A stretch of 38,215 nucleotides of DNA, taken from a virus. Its lineage: Duplodnaviria; Heunggongvirae; Uroviricota; Caudoviricetes. Positions 27,286 to 36,308 of this stretch are shown one piece after another (position 1 is the stretch's first letter; each line of letters begins with the position of its first letter). A model generated the notes under the pieces. That model saw only the letters and a program-made list of their open reading frames with translations. It was not told the DNA's origin and ran no database searches. Made by a program: the position numbers and the translations under genes. Location of the stretch: positions 1 through 38,215 of IMG/VR virus record IMGVR_UViG_2671180710_000023, one strand, 5' to 3'.

Positions 27286-27474
27286 ATGACTTCCGAACAA
27301 GTTAAAAATCTCTTCCGTCAGCGTGGTATCACGTTTACCCGCTGGGCCGAAGAACACGGCTACAGCCGCAATGAGGTCTATCGTGTTCTCAATGGACAGA
27401 CCAAAGCTCGTTACGGCAAAGCCCATGAAATTGCTGTAAAACTGGGATTAAAACCCACGTCAAATGCGGCATAA
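27286..27474 (+). CDS. Ner-like small DNA-binding protein (Cro analogue)
   Basis: 62 aa; AAAGGAGA RBS; pattern ITFTRWAEEHGYSRNEVYRVL...GKAHEIAVKLGLKP resembles Mu Ner/Nlp HTH; first gene of early operon. Confidence 0.6.
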   Translation: MTSEQVKNLFRQRGITFTRWAEEHGYSRNEVYRVLNGQTKARYGKAHEIAVKLGLKPTSNAA

Positions 27475-27835
27475 ATTTTCCACATATGCAACAGGTTATC
27501 ACATATTGCAAAAATGGAAATGTGACATGAGTAAAGTAAATATTTCCAGTTCTGGGACCCGCATCCTACGTGTACTCAAAGCTCTACGCGGTCATGCTCT
27601 GAACGGTGTTTCTAACGGTGAACTGGCATCAGCCCTGGGGGAGTCCCCGGCGAATATCAATCGAGCACTTAATACCCTTATTGAAGAGGGACTGGCCATG
27701 AAATTAGAGAACGGACGTTTCGCACCGGGAATCCAGTTACTACAGATCGCCATGGCTCACAGTCACGAGATGGCGCGTGCACAGGATCGTATTAACGAAA
27801 TCAACCAACGAGTTATTTCAGGTAGTCGTTTGTAA
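27464..27835 (+). CDS. Winged-HTH protein (IclR-N-terminal-like DNA-binding domain)
   Basis: GTRILRVLKALRGHALNGVSNGELASALGESPANINRALNTLIEEGLAM fits wHTH; start may be ATG 27464 (overlapping ner stop) or 27527. Confidence 0.5.
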   Translation: MRHKFSTYATGYHILQKWKCDMSKVNISSSGTRILRVLKALRGHALNGVSNGELASALGESPANINRALNTLIEEGLAMKLENGRFAPGIQLLQIAMAHSHEMARAQDRINEINQRVISGSRL

Positions 27836-27845
27836 GGAGTAATCA

Positions 27846-28760
27846 ATGGGACGCACCAAATCACCCGTTAACACTGAACTGAATGTTGAGGTTCCGCTGT
27901 CAGATAACATCAATGTCAATTTGAACGCTATGACACAGCATCGCATGGAAATTATGCAGCAGTTTGGTGATGGACTGCCTTATGAACGTGATCGCATTGT
28001 TCACGAAGCACGTTTTTATATGGCGCAGAGTGCTGAATCTATGCTGGAAGCGGGTAAGCGGCTGATCATCTTAAAAGAAAATGAGCCACACGGTGATTTT
28101 ACAAACATTTTAGAAAATGAACTCGGACTTGCACCACAAGTTGCTCGCCGCATGATGCAAGCCAGTATGAAGTTTTTGGGAGAAGGTGATGAGCCAACAA
28201 AACGCTCAACGTTGAGCGTTTTGGGGAAAGCCAAACTGTACGACCTGATGGTTCTGGATAATGAAGAACTTGATGAATTGGCCGACGGCGGCACAGTTGC
28301 CGGCCTGACGCTTGACGACGTTGATCGCATGTCAGTACGTGAATTGCGTCAGGCCCTGCGCGAAGCGCGCGAAACCAACACAGCACAACAGCGCGTACTC
28401 GCCGACAAAAATGAAAAAATAGACTCACTCTCCACCAGACTGGAGAAGAAATCCCGTATTCAGCCACCTGAGCCTGATGAAGAGGTGAAGAAACTGCGGG
28501 CGGAAGTGACCGCGTTAGCGGTTGAGGCGGAATCTGCCATCGCCGTTCGACTGTCCAGCGCTTTTGAGACACTGTGCGCATATTGTGCTGAAAACATGAT
28601 TGATACCCCCAGAGACTTCATGGCAGGCCTGGTCTGTCAACTGGAAAGCACAGCGCGTAGCCTGCGCTCCACATTTGACCTGCCGGACGAGCCAACAGGC
28701 GATGTCGCGCCTTCATGGCTGACTGAGCCGACGCCACAGATTAACGGGCTGGAGGCATAA
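27846..28760 (+). CDS. Hypothetical early protein (304 aa) between ner and transposase
   Basis: Strong RBS (AAGGAG); acidic, coiled-coil-rich; no catalytic motif recognised. Confidence 0.5.
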   Translation: MGRTKSPVNTELNVEVPLSDNINVNLNAMTQHRMEIMQQFGDGLPYERDRIVHEARFYMAQSAESMLEAGKRLIILKENEPHGDFTNILENELGLAPQVARRMMQASMKFLGEGDEPTKRSTLSVLGKAKLYDLMVLDNEELDELADGGTVAGLTLDDVDRMSVRELRQALREARETNTAQQRVLADKNEKIDSLSTRLEKKSRIQPPEPDEEVKKLRAEVTALAVEAESAIAVRLSSAFETLCAYCAENMIDTPRDFMAGLVCQLESTARSLRSTFDLPDEPTGDVAPSWLTEPTPQINGLEA

Positions 28761-28763
28761 CCA

Positions 28764-30533
28764 ATGAATGCTGCCCTGACTGAACGACTGGTTTATGTCG
28801 CCCGCGCGGCACGTGACGCGGGGCATGGTAAACGCGGTGCAATATACGACGCTGCCTGTGCTGAACTTGGCATGTCCCGCGCCACTCTGCTGCGCAGGCT
28901 GAAGGAGGTATCTGTGACTGATAAACGCAAAAAACGCGCCGATGCCGGGCGCAGCGCCCTGACCCGCGACGAAGCCGCGCTGATATCTGCCACACTACGT
29001 GAGGCCACCCGCAAGAACGGTAAGCGTCTCTATTCCATCGCGGATGCAGTGGAAACCCTGCGGGCTAACGGCTTTATCTCCGCAGGCAGAACAGATGAAA
29101 CCACCGGTGAGTTTTTCCCGTTGTCCGAAGATGCCATCAGTCGTGCCCTGCGTAACTATGGCCTGCACCCGGAACAACTGGATGCCCCTGCGCCGCATAC
29201 CGAAGTGGCCAGTCTGCATCCCAATCATGTCTGGCAGATTGACGCCTCACTCTGCACGCTTTACTACCTGAGCAATGGACATAAAGGGCTGCAGGTGATG
29301 GACAGCGCGAAGTTCTACAAGAACAAGCCCGCTAACCTTGCCCGTATCGCCAGTGACCGCGTGTGGAGTTACGAGATTACCGACCATGCCAGCGGCTGGA
29401 TTTACGTTGAGTATGTGACGGGCGCGGAATCAGGTGAGAACCTGTGTTCTGTGCTTATCAACGCCATGCAGGAGCGTGGCGGCGCAGACGTGCTGCACGG
29501 CGTGCCGAAAATACTCTATCTCGACCCCGGCTCGGCAAACACCGCGGGTATGACGAAAAACATGTGCCGCTCACTGGGCATCGACCTGATAGCGCACAAG
29601 CCGCATAACGCCCGCGCCACCGGACAGGTGGAAAAGGCGCGTGACATTATCGAACGCAAGCTGGAGCCGGGTCTGAAATTCCGGCCGGTTCACAGTCTGG
29701 AAGAACTCAACGCGCTGGCCGCGAAATGGCGCAGCCACTTTAACGCAACAGCTGTTCACAGCCGCCACGGTAAAACCCGCACGGATATCTGGCTGAAGAT
29801 TACTGCTGAGCAGCTGAAAAAAGCGCCTTCCGTTGAGGTATGCCGTGAACTGGCTGTGGCGACACCAGAACTCCGCAAAGTCACGCCAAAACTTCGTGTC
29901 TCGTTCCGGGGCACTGAATTTGACGTATCAACGGTACCGGGCGTACTGGTTGGTGAAAAACTGATGATTACCCGTAACCCGTGGCGCAGCGATGTGGCAC
30001 AGGTGGTTCTGACCGGTGAGGACGGCCACGAGACGTTCTTCCTGGTCGAAGAGGTCAGAAAGAACGAGTTTGGCTTTGCTGAAGGCGCGGCGGTATTTGG
30101 CGAAAGTTACAAAGCCCTGCCGGAAACACCGGCACAGACGGCGGCAAAAGAAACCGAAGCGCTGGTCACCGGTACAGACAACGCCGCAGATGCAGCTGCC
30201 GCACGCAAGGCGAAGGCGCTGCCGTTCGGCGGGCGGCTTGACCCGTATAAACATATTGATGACGCCACACTTCCGGCCTGTATACCGAAGCGCGGTCAGG
30301 TCTCTGATGTACGCAGACCGCGCACTGAACAACGTCCCATGACTCATGTGGAGGCCGCGAAAGCCCTGCGCGATAAGTTCAGCGCCGACGGCCTTACCTG
30401 GACGCCGGAACATTACCGCCAGTTAACGGCACAGTACCCGGACGGCGTACCGGAAGCCGCACTGGATGAAGTAGTGGCCACGCTGACCACGCCGGCCCGC
30501 AGCAGCGTTATCAGCATTGTTAACGGCAACTGA
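28764..30533 (+). CDS. DDE transposase (Mu A-like, rve/integrase-core family)
   Basis: 589 aa; HVWQIDAS and LYLDPGSANT blocks consistent with DDE catalytic core; followed by overlapping AAA+ B gene. Confidence 0.8.
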   Translation: MNAALTERLVYVARAARDAGHGKRGAIYDAACAELGMSRATLLRRLKEVSVTDKRKKRADAGRSALTRDEAALISATLREATRKNGKRLYSIADAVETLRANGFISAGRTDETTGEFFPLSEDAISRALRNYGLHPEQLDAPAPHTEVASLHPNHVWQIDASLCTLYYLSNGHKGLQVMDSAKFYKNKPANLARIASDRVWSYEITDHASGWIYVEYVTGAESGENLCSVLINAMQERGGADVLHGVPKILYLDPGSANTAGMTKNMCRSLGIDLIAHKPHNARATGQVEKARDIIERKLEPGLKFRPVHSLEELNALAAKWRSHFNATAVHSRHGKTRTDIWLKITAEQLKKAPSVEVCRELAVATPELRKVTPKLRVSFRGTEFDVSTVPGVLVGEKLMITRNPWRSDVAQVVLTGEDGHETFFLVEEVRKNEFGFAEGAAVFGESYKALPETPAQTAAKETEALVTGTDNAADAAAARKAKALPFGGRLDPYKHIDDATLPACIPKRGQVSDVRRPRTEQRPMTHVEAAKALRDKFSADGLTWTPEHYRQLTAQYPDGVPEAALDEVVATLTTPARSSVISIVNGN

Positions 30534-30543
30534 GGAGGGAAAC

Positions 30544-31710
30544 ATGCTGGTACTGAAGCAGCAACTGAAAGAGGCCCGTATTCCACAGGCGGTGGTGGCG
30601 AGAGCTGTCGATGTTTCTGAGGCCACGCTGGCCCAGATTGTGAATCATAACGCGTGGCCCCGCACCAGCCCCGGAGAAGTGCGCCGGCGTCTTGCGTCCT
30701 GGCTGGAAAGTCAGGGAATTGATACAGCGAAGAGTTTTGATGCTGTACAGGGCGCGGCCACGCCCCGTACAGCGGGTACCACAGATAAAACGAGCCTCAG
30801 TGAGGAAGAGAATATGTTACTCAAAAAACAGGTGTTATTTCCAGCAACCAAAAAAGCGTTTGGTCTTTTTCGTGACCCGTTCGCCGACGAAGCCATGCAG
30901 GGTTCTGATGATGTGTTCACCACACCAGACATTCGCTACGTGCGTGAGGCGTTGTACCAGACAGCCCGTCATGGTGGGTTTATGGCCGTCATCGGTGAGT
31001 CCGGTGCGGGTAAATCCACGCTGCGCCGCGACCTGACTGAACGTATTAACCGCGAGAATGCGCCAGTAATTGTTATTGAGCCATACATCATCGCTATGGA
31101 AGATAACGATGTGAAAGGGAAAACCCTGAAGGCAGCAGCTATTGCCGAAGCCATTATCAGTACCATCGCACCACTGGAAAGCATCAGACGCAGTCAGGAC
31201 GCCCGCTTTCGCCAGTTGCATCGCGTCCTGAAAGACAGCAGCCAGGCGGGGTTCAGCCACGTTCTGGTGATTGAGGAGGCCCACAGTCTGCCCATTCCGA
31301 CACTGAAACACCTCAAACGCTTTTTTGAGCTGGAGTCCGGTTTCAAAAAACTGCTGTCCATCGTGCTGATTGGCCAGCCGGAACTGGCGACAAAACTGTC
31401 TGAACGCAATATGGAAGTCCGTGAAGTCGTTCAGCGCTGTGAGGTGGTCGAACTTCTGCCTCTGGACAATAACCTTGAAGAATTTCTGACGTTCAAACTG
31501 CAACGGGCCGGTAAACAGCTGACGGACATTATGGACGCCAGCGCAGTGGATGCCATACGTGCCCGCCTGAGCAATCCGGGAAGTCACCGTAAAAATATGG
31601 TCAGCCTGCTGTATCCGCTGGCCGTCAGTAACCTGGTAATAGCCGCCATGAATCTGGCAGCTGAAATCGGGGTTCCACAGGTCAACGCTGACGTTGTCAA
31701 AGGGGTTTAA
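30544..31710 (+). CDS. Transposition ATPase (Mu B / TniB-like AAA+)
   Basis: ATG 30544 preceded by GAGGAGGG; Walker A GESGAGKST, Walker B VLVIEEAH; immediately after transposase. Confidence 0.8.
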   Translation: MLVLKQQLKEARIPQAVVARAVDVSEATLAQIVNHNAWPRTSPGEVRRRLASWLESQGIDTAKSFDAVQGAATPRTAGTTDKTSLSEEENMLLKKQVLFPATKKAFGLFRDPFADEAMQGSDDVFTTPDIRYVREALYQTARHGGFMAVIGESGAGKSTLRRDLTERINRENAPVIVIEPYIIAMEDNDVKGKTLKAAAIAEAIISTIAPLESIRRSQDARFRQLHRVLKDSSQAGFSHVLVIEEAHSLPIPTLKHLKRFFELESGFKKLLSIVLIGQPELATKLSERNMEVREVVQRCEVVELLPLDNNLEEFLTFKLQRAGKQLTDIMDASAVDAIRARLSNPGSHRKNMVSLLYPLAVSNLVIAAMNLAAEIGVPQVNADVVKGV

Positions 31711-31712
31711 TA

Positions 31713-31982
31713 ATGAAATCCACCACAGGTATCAACCAGCAAATCAGCAAAGTGCAGTCAGCCATTATGGCGCTTAAGGCGACGAACACGGATGTACAAA
31801 GCATCACCATCAGGGGTAACAAACCTGTCATCCGCGTTTCCCGGAGTGCGCATTGCATGCGCATGCTTGAGCAGGGAAAGGCCTGTTATCTGTATACCGG
31901 ACATGACCACAGGGGATATTTCCGTCAGGGCGTTTTCGAACTGCACGGCTGTCGCGTCGTGTGGCCGGAATCTTTGTGGTAA
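31713..31982 (+). CDS. Hypothetical early protein (Mu kil position)
   Basis: 89 aa, RBS present; Cys/His-containing. Confidence 0.4.
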   Translation: MKSTTGINQQISKVQSAIMALKATNTDVQSITIRGNKPVIRVSRSAHCMRMLEQGKACYLYTGHDHRGYFRQGVFELHGCRVVWPESLW

Positions 31983-32009
31983 TCAGCACAACCGGAGAAA
32001 TCATAAAAA

Positions 32010-32540
32010 ATGGCAAAAAGTACAAAAGGGGCAAAACGTATCAAGGCCGCAGCGGCACTCTGGGTACCAGGGACACGCGAAGAGGTCATTGAGGGCATCA
32101 GACTGCTCGGTGACGCACAACGTGAACTGGTCAGGGCTGAAACAGAAATGAATGACGCCATTGGCGATATCACCGCACGTTATGCCCCGCTCACCGAGAG
32201 CCTGAAAAAACGCATGGCCGAACTGCAGTCCGGTATCCAGACATGGTGTGAGGCACACCGTGATGAACTGACCGGCAACGGGAAGGTGAAGTTCGCTAAC
32301 CTCACCACCGGCGAGGTGCAGTGGCGAAACCGTCCGCCATCAGTCAGTATCCGTGGGGCGGATAATGTTATTGAATTACTGAGACGTCTGGGGCTTGAGC
32401 GCTTTATCCGTGTAAAGGAGGAAATAAATAAAGACGCTATCCTGAATGAAAAGGACGCCGTGAAAAATATTCCCGGTATTACCATAAAAAGTGATATTGA
32501 GGATTTTTCAATAATTCCTTTTGAGCAGGATGTGCAGTAA
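32010..32540 (+). CDS. gam: Host-nuclease inhibitor Gam (Mu Gam family)
   Basis: 176 aa; ...TEMNDAIGDITARYAP...WCEAHRDELT...GKVKFANLTTGEVQWRNRPPSVSIRG...GITIKSDIEDFSIIPFEQ closely parallels Mu Gam as recalled. Confidence 0.85.
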   Translation: MAKSTKGAKRIKAAAALWVPGTREEVIEGIRLLGDAQRELVRAETEMNDAIGDITARYAPLTESLKKRMAELQSGIQTWCEAHRDELTGNGKVKFANLTTGEVQWRNRPPSVSIRGADNVIELLRRLGLERFIRVKEEINKDAILNEKDAVKNIPGITIKSDIEDFSIIPFEQDVQ

Positions 32541-32637
32541 ACACACCACGTTAATTATTTAATAAAAACATTTTCTTTTTTATTCCGGCGTCAGCGCCGT
32601 GGGCTTCTGCACGCCGGAAACAGAGGAGAATTAAATT

Positions 32638-32832
32638 ATGATATTTAAATGTATTCAGTGCGAGAGGGATATAACAGCCCTGCGTTTTCACAGCGCCATC
32701 GCCGTGATGTCCGGTAAGTACCACGTACCTGCAGTACGTGTCACCCTGGTCTGTCCGTACTGCAGCCAGCATTTTTCGGCAGATTTGCCCGTCATGGAAT
32801 TCTCCCGCCCCGACAGGGAGGAAGCGCAATGA
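32638..32832 (+). CDS. Small zinc-ribbon protein
   Basis: 64 aa with CxxC...CPYC (C5, C8, C39, C42); good RBS (GAGGAG). Confidence 0.45.
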   Translation: MIFKCIQCERDITALRFHSAIAVMSGKYHVPAVRVTLVCPYCSQHFSADLPVMEFSRPDREEAQ

Positions 32833-33101
32833 TTACCCCACAGGACGCAGAAAAACGGACCCGCGAAATTGTCGCGGAGTACATCAGTGAATGTGGTTGT
32901 GAAAACCCCAGGCATATCCGGCTGGTATTAACCAAATTAATCAGCATGGCCGCGCAGGCTATTGTGGCGACCAACGGAAAGGCGGCTGCCCTGCAGGTAC
33001 TGGTGAACACACTCACCCACACGGCAGAGCACGATGTGCCGTACCGGATGGAAACCACTGCAGAAGGCGGCCTGCACATCACCGTTAGCCGGAAGCACTG
33101 A
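32829..33101 (+). CDS. Hypothetical early protein
   Basis: 90 aa, coupled to neighbours. Confidence 0.4.
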   Translation: MITPQDAEKRTREIVAEYISECGCENPRHIRLVLTKLISMAAQAIVATNGKAAALQVLVNTLTHTAEHDVPYRMETTAEGGLHITVSRKH

Positions 33102-33110
33102 GGTCGCAGC

Positions 33111-33407
33111 ATGACACGGAACACCATACTCACCCGCACCGCCCTCTACCATCTGGCCCTGCAGCGTTTCGGGCCGGACGCACAGGCCATGAAACTGACA
33201 GAAGAGGCCGCTGAACTGGCGGCCAGTGCTGCCCGCAACCTGAACGGACAGGGCAGCGAAAGTGATCTCGCGGCAGAGCTGGCAGACGTGGAAATCATGA
33301 CAGAGCAGTTGCGCCTTCAGGGGATGGACCGGCTGATTGACTTCCACAAACAGAAAAAACTGGAACGTCTGGCTGCACGACTGGGCGTGATTTACACGAA
33401 CGAGTAA
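33111..33407 (+). CDS. MazG-like nucleotide pyrophosphohydrolase (small all-alpha NTP-PPase)
   Basis: 98 aa with EEAAELA ... ELADVEIM paired acidic motifs characteristic of MazG/HisE-type NTP-PPases. Confidence 0.5.
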   Translation: MTRNTILTRTALYHLALQRFGPDAQAMKLTEEAAELAASAARNLNGQGSESDLAAELADVEIMTEQLRLQGMDRLIDFHKQKKLERLAARLGVIYTNE

Positions 33408-33421
33408 CCGGGAGGCATTCA

Positions 33422-33637
33422 ATGGCTGACATACTCAGGGAAATCACCGCATGGACACTGATTCTTACTGGCCTGGCGACATGCCTCAGTGCGGGGGCAG
33501 CCCTGGCTGCCCTGCTGATGCACATAACAACACAGTGGTTCTGGGAAAAGCTTAAAGCAGCATACAGCCTGAAAGAGCTGTCCGACGCTGTCCGGGCATG
33601 GAAACGGCAGAAAAATACCGGAGATACTGAACAATGA
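33422..33637 (+). CDS. Small membrane protein
   Basis: 71 aa with one TM helix (WTLILTGLATCLSAGAALAALLM). Confidence 0.4.
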   Translation: MADILREITAWTLILTGLATCLSAGAALAALLMHITTQWFWEKLKAAYSLKELSDAVRAWKRQKNTGDTEQ

Positions 33638-34317
33638 CAGACCAGAATAAACACATTGAGAAACTGAAAAAGTTGCTGGCGCTGGCCGCATCCGGCAACC
33701 CGCACGAGGCCGCTCTGGCACTGCGCCGTGCACGTAAACTGATGGATGTTCACGGCATCACACATTCCGACATCGCCATGAGTGATATTGATGAAACCAT
33801 CAGTCACTACTGGCCGACAGGCAGCCTCCGTCCGCCGCGCTACATGCTGGGCCTGATGAACATCATCCGCGAGGCATTTGGTGTTAACTCCATCATTCAC
33901 CCCGGCACATATCCGGGTGTGGGGTTCTACGGCAACCGGGAACGGGCTGCACTGGCTGCATACACCTGGGAAGTGCTGGCCCGTCAGCTGAAAAAGGCGC
34001 GTCAGCAGTATATCAGTGCACAGAACAAAAGAATAAAAACCGCCACCCGTACCAGCCGTGGTGACCAGTTTGCTGAAGGCTGGGTGCTGGCCGTTATCAG
34101 TGAAATACAGTCCTTCGCCCTGACCGATGACGAACGTGAACTGATGCAGCAGTGGCTGGAACATAAATACCCGCAGACGCAAACCACCAGGGCGCGTAAA
34201 CCGGGAAGAAGCCGCAATGGCGACGCCTCACGCTATGCGGGGTTTCGAGAAGGGCAGAACGTCAGACTGCACCGACCGGTCAGTGGGCGGGAACAGCAGA
34301 AACTGGAGGCCAGATGA
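33634..34317 (+). CDS. Conserved Mu-like early protein (DUF2786-like N-terminus)
   Basis: 227 aa; N-terminal IEKLKKLLALAASGNPHEAALALRRARKLM motif region common in transposable-phage early proteins. Confidence 0.45.
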   Translation: MTDQNKHIEKLKKLLALAASGNPHEAALALRRARKLMDVHGITHSDIAMSDIDETISHYWPTGSLRPPRYMLGLMNIIREAFGVNSIIHPGTYPGVGFYGNRERAALAAYTWEVLARQLKKARQQYISAQNKRIKTATRTSRGDQFAEGWVLAVISEIQSFALTDDERELMQQWLEHKYPQTQTTRARKPGRSRNGDASRYAGFREGQNVRLHRPVSGREQQKLEAR

Positions 34318-34544
34318 TGACGTTATCAGGTAACAGCCGGAAATTAAAAGCCTGCCGAATATCTGCCAGATATCTTTTTGCCCGCGCCTTTTTTAAGAAC
34401 GTCAGGCCGGGGATCACAATTGGTGTTATTGCCGGACGCGAACAGGTTGAAAAATACATGTCAGGTGCATGGTGGAATAATGACCCTGTCATTGCTGCCC
34501 GTAATATTCATATCAGTTGGGGGGATATTCAGAATGACTGCTGA
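34314..34544 (+). CDS. Hypothetical small protein
   Basis: 76 aa; overlaps neighbours. Confidence 0.35.
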   Translation: MMTLSGNSRKLKACRISARYLFARAFFKNVRPGITIGVIAGREQVEKYMSGAWWNNDPVIAARNIHISWGDIQNDC

Positions 34545-34749
34545 ATCTGTTGTATGTGCCCTGTTCTGGTATTGTTTTGTCGGTTGGTGTACTGCTGAAC
34601 TGCACCGCCGTTCAGGGTTTTATTCACGTTACAGTGGTGCCAGCTACTGGATTAGCTGGTCGGTGATGTTCCTGTGCTGGCCTGTGGCGCTTCCTTTATA
34701 TGTCGATTATATCGGTGGCGCAAGTAAAAGGAGCAACGATGATGACTAA
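34534..34749 (+). CDS. Small membrane protein
   Basis: ATG 34534 overlapping upstream stop; two hydrophobic helices (VVCALFWYCFVGWCTA, WISWSVMFLCWPVALPLYV). Confidence 0.4.
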   Translation: MTAESVVCALFWYCFVGWCTAELHRRSGFYSRYSGASYWISWSVMFLCWPVALPLYVDYIGGASKRSNDDD

Positions 34750-35191
34750 ACAACATCTTATCCAGCTCATTCATATTGCCCGTAATGAACTGGGTATGGA
34801 TGAAGACACCTACCGCCAGATGTTACAGGGGCTGACCGGTAAAGCCTCAACCAAAGGAATGGATACCACACAACTAAACTGCGTGCTGGAATCCATGAAA
34901 AGGAAAGGCTTTCGCGTTAAGCCTGCCGGAAAAGCCAGCTCCGGTTTACCGCTGGATAACCATCCGCAGTCCAGGAAAATCCGTGCGCTATGGCTTGAAA
35001 TGGCTGCTGCCGGCATTGTTCGTGACCGTTCAGAAAATGCATTAGCGCGGTGGATCAAGCGGGAAACGGGCATCAGCGCCCTGCGCTGGCTCAGTACTGA
35101 ACAGGCAAGCAGTGTTATTGAGAAACTGAAGAAGTGGCAGCACAGAGCTGCGGGAGTAAAACATGAGCGACCTGAATCAGTTTCGAAGTAA
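34739..35191 (+). CDS. GemA-like regulatory protein (Mu gp16 family, DUF1018-like)
   Basis: ATG 34739 with AAGGAG RBS; ~150 aa basic protein immediately upstream of mor. Confidence 0.5.
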   Translation: MMTKQHLIQLIHIARNELGMDEDTYRQMLQGLTGKASTKGMDTTQLNCVLESMKRKGFRVKPAGKASSGLPLDNHPQSRKIRALWLEMAAAGIVRDRSENALARWIKRETGISALRWLSTEQASSVIEKLKKWQHRAAGVKHERPESVSK

Positions 35192-35561
35192 AGGGCCGGA
35201 ACTCCTGGTGGAGCTGGCACAGCATACCTCTGAGACCGTTCGCGAGATTATTGATATTGAGCCCGCAATTGCCGACCAGATTGGTCAGGCCGTCGCGAAC
35301 CGAATGATGCAGGTCTGGGGCGGGCAAAACGTTTATTTCCCGATGGGCATGGTATGGAAGGTCAGTCAGCGCGACCGGGAAATCTTCAGGGAGTTTAACG
35401 GACGCAACCACCACGAACTGGCCCGCAAGTTTGGTGTTTCGCTTCAGTGGGTCTACAGCGTGGTTAAGCGGGTCAGAAAAGAAGAACTGGATCGGATGCA
35501 GGGCAGGTTGTTTGATGAAGATCTGCCAGAGGAGACGAAAGACGTTAACAAATCCAGATAA
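35163..35561 (+). CDS. mor: Mor-family late transcription activator
   Basis: 132 aa; C-terminal HTH region ELARKFGVSLQWVYSVVKRVRKEE; last gene of early/middle operon, followed by terminator. Confidence 0.7.
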   Translation: MSDLNQFRSKGPELLVELAQHTSETVREIIDIEPAIADQIGQAVANRMMQVWGGQNVYFPMGMVWKVSQRDREIFREFNGRNHHELARKFGVSLQWVYSVVKRVRKEELDRMQGRLFDEDLPEETKDVNKSR

Positions 35562-35606
35562 TTCCTGCTTGTTAAAGTCCTTTCAAAAATCTCCTTATTG
35601 TATAAG

Positions 35607-35637
35607 AGCACGGTAGACCCTTTACCGTGCTTTTTTT
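35607..35637 (+). terminator. Rho-independent terminator after mor
   Basis: Perfect 9-bp stem AGCACGGTA / TACCGTGCT with 7-nt loop followed by TTTTTT; 45 bp downstream of mor stop. Confidence 0.75.
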
Positions 35638-35675
35638 ATGCTCTCTATGTAATATTCAGGATGCAGGGAGAAAAT

Positions 35676-36308
35676 ATGTTTGACGTTTCGTTATTAAATC
35701 TGCCATGGGCAACACTGGTGACCCTGACCAGTGGCTATATTGGGTATTTTATTGCGAATGTGGGGCTGAAGGATCACCACAAACCCATTGAGGTGACTTT
35801 TTCTTCGCTGATTTTTGGCCTGACAGCAATGATGGCTTACCAGGCTGTTATGTGGGCAGGTCTGAATGCCTGGCTGGCAACACCCCCAGCACTTCTGTGT
35901 GCCGTTACATGCGGTGCGTGGTGGCGCAGGTACGGTCGCAAATGGATGTACAGATTACTGTGGAATAATGATATTTCATGGTCTGACGATACCAGCTCAG
36001 CATGGCAGGCAATGTTTGATCAAACAGGCTTCAGCGTCACCGAGGTCAGAGTGATTCTTCGCGATGGTTCCGGTATGATGTCACGGCTGCCAGGGAACTT
36101 TGAAGAGTGGCCTAACGGTCCGTTTACCCTGGGAAATAAAGGCGATATGGTTCTTTACGTCACGCACAGCAGCCCTTCAGGAAGTAACGAATGGGAAGAG
36201 TATAAAGGCGTGGTTGATAAGTACTGGGGAGCTCTGGCAACCTATATTCCAGCAGATCAGATTGCCAGAGTGGAGATCAGGCGCGTTCGTGCAACGAACG
36301 ATGAATGA
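35676..36308 (+). CDS. 3-TM membrane protein with C-terminal soluble domain (accessory gene at prophage right end)
   Basis: ATG 35676 with AGGGAGA RBS (the upstream TTG-initiated extension in the ORF track runs through the terminator); three hydrophobic helices then ~110-aa hydrophilic domain. Confidence 0.55.
   Translation: MFDVSLLNLPWATLVTLTSGYIGYFIANVGLKDHHKPIEVTFSSLIFGLTAMMAYQAVMWAGLNAWLATPPALLCAVTCGAWWRRYGRKWMYRLLWNNDISWSDDTSSAWQAMFDQTGFSVTEVRVILRDGSGMMSRLPGNFEEWPNGPFTLGNKGDMVLYVTHSSPSGSNEWEEYKGVVDKYWGALATYIPADQIARVEIRRVRATNDE

Noticed and set aside
32541-32637. Inverted repeat CCGGCGT...ACGCCGG after gam as a terminator
   Set aside because: Long 19-nt loop and no downstream T-run; downstream genes appear co-transcribed.
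35598-35675. TTG-initiated N-terminal extension of the 3-TM protein ORF given by the ORF track
   Set aside because: The extension runs through the mor terminator hairpin and T-run; a downstream ATG at 35676 has a proper RBS.
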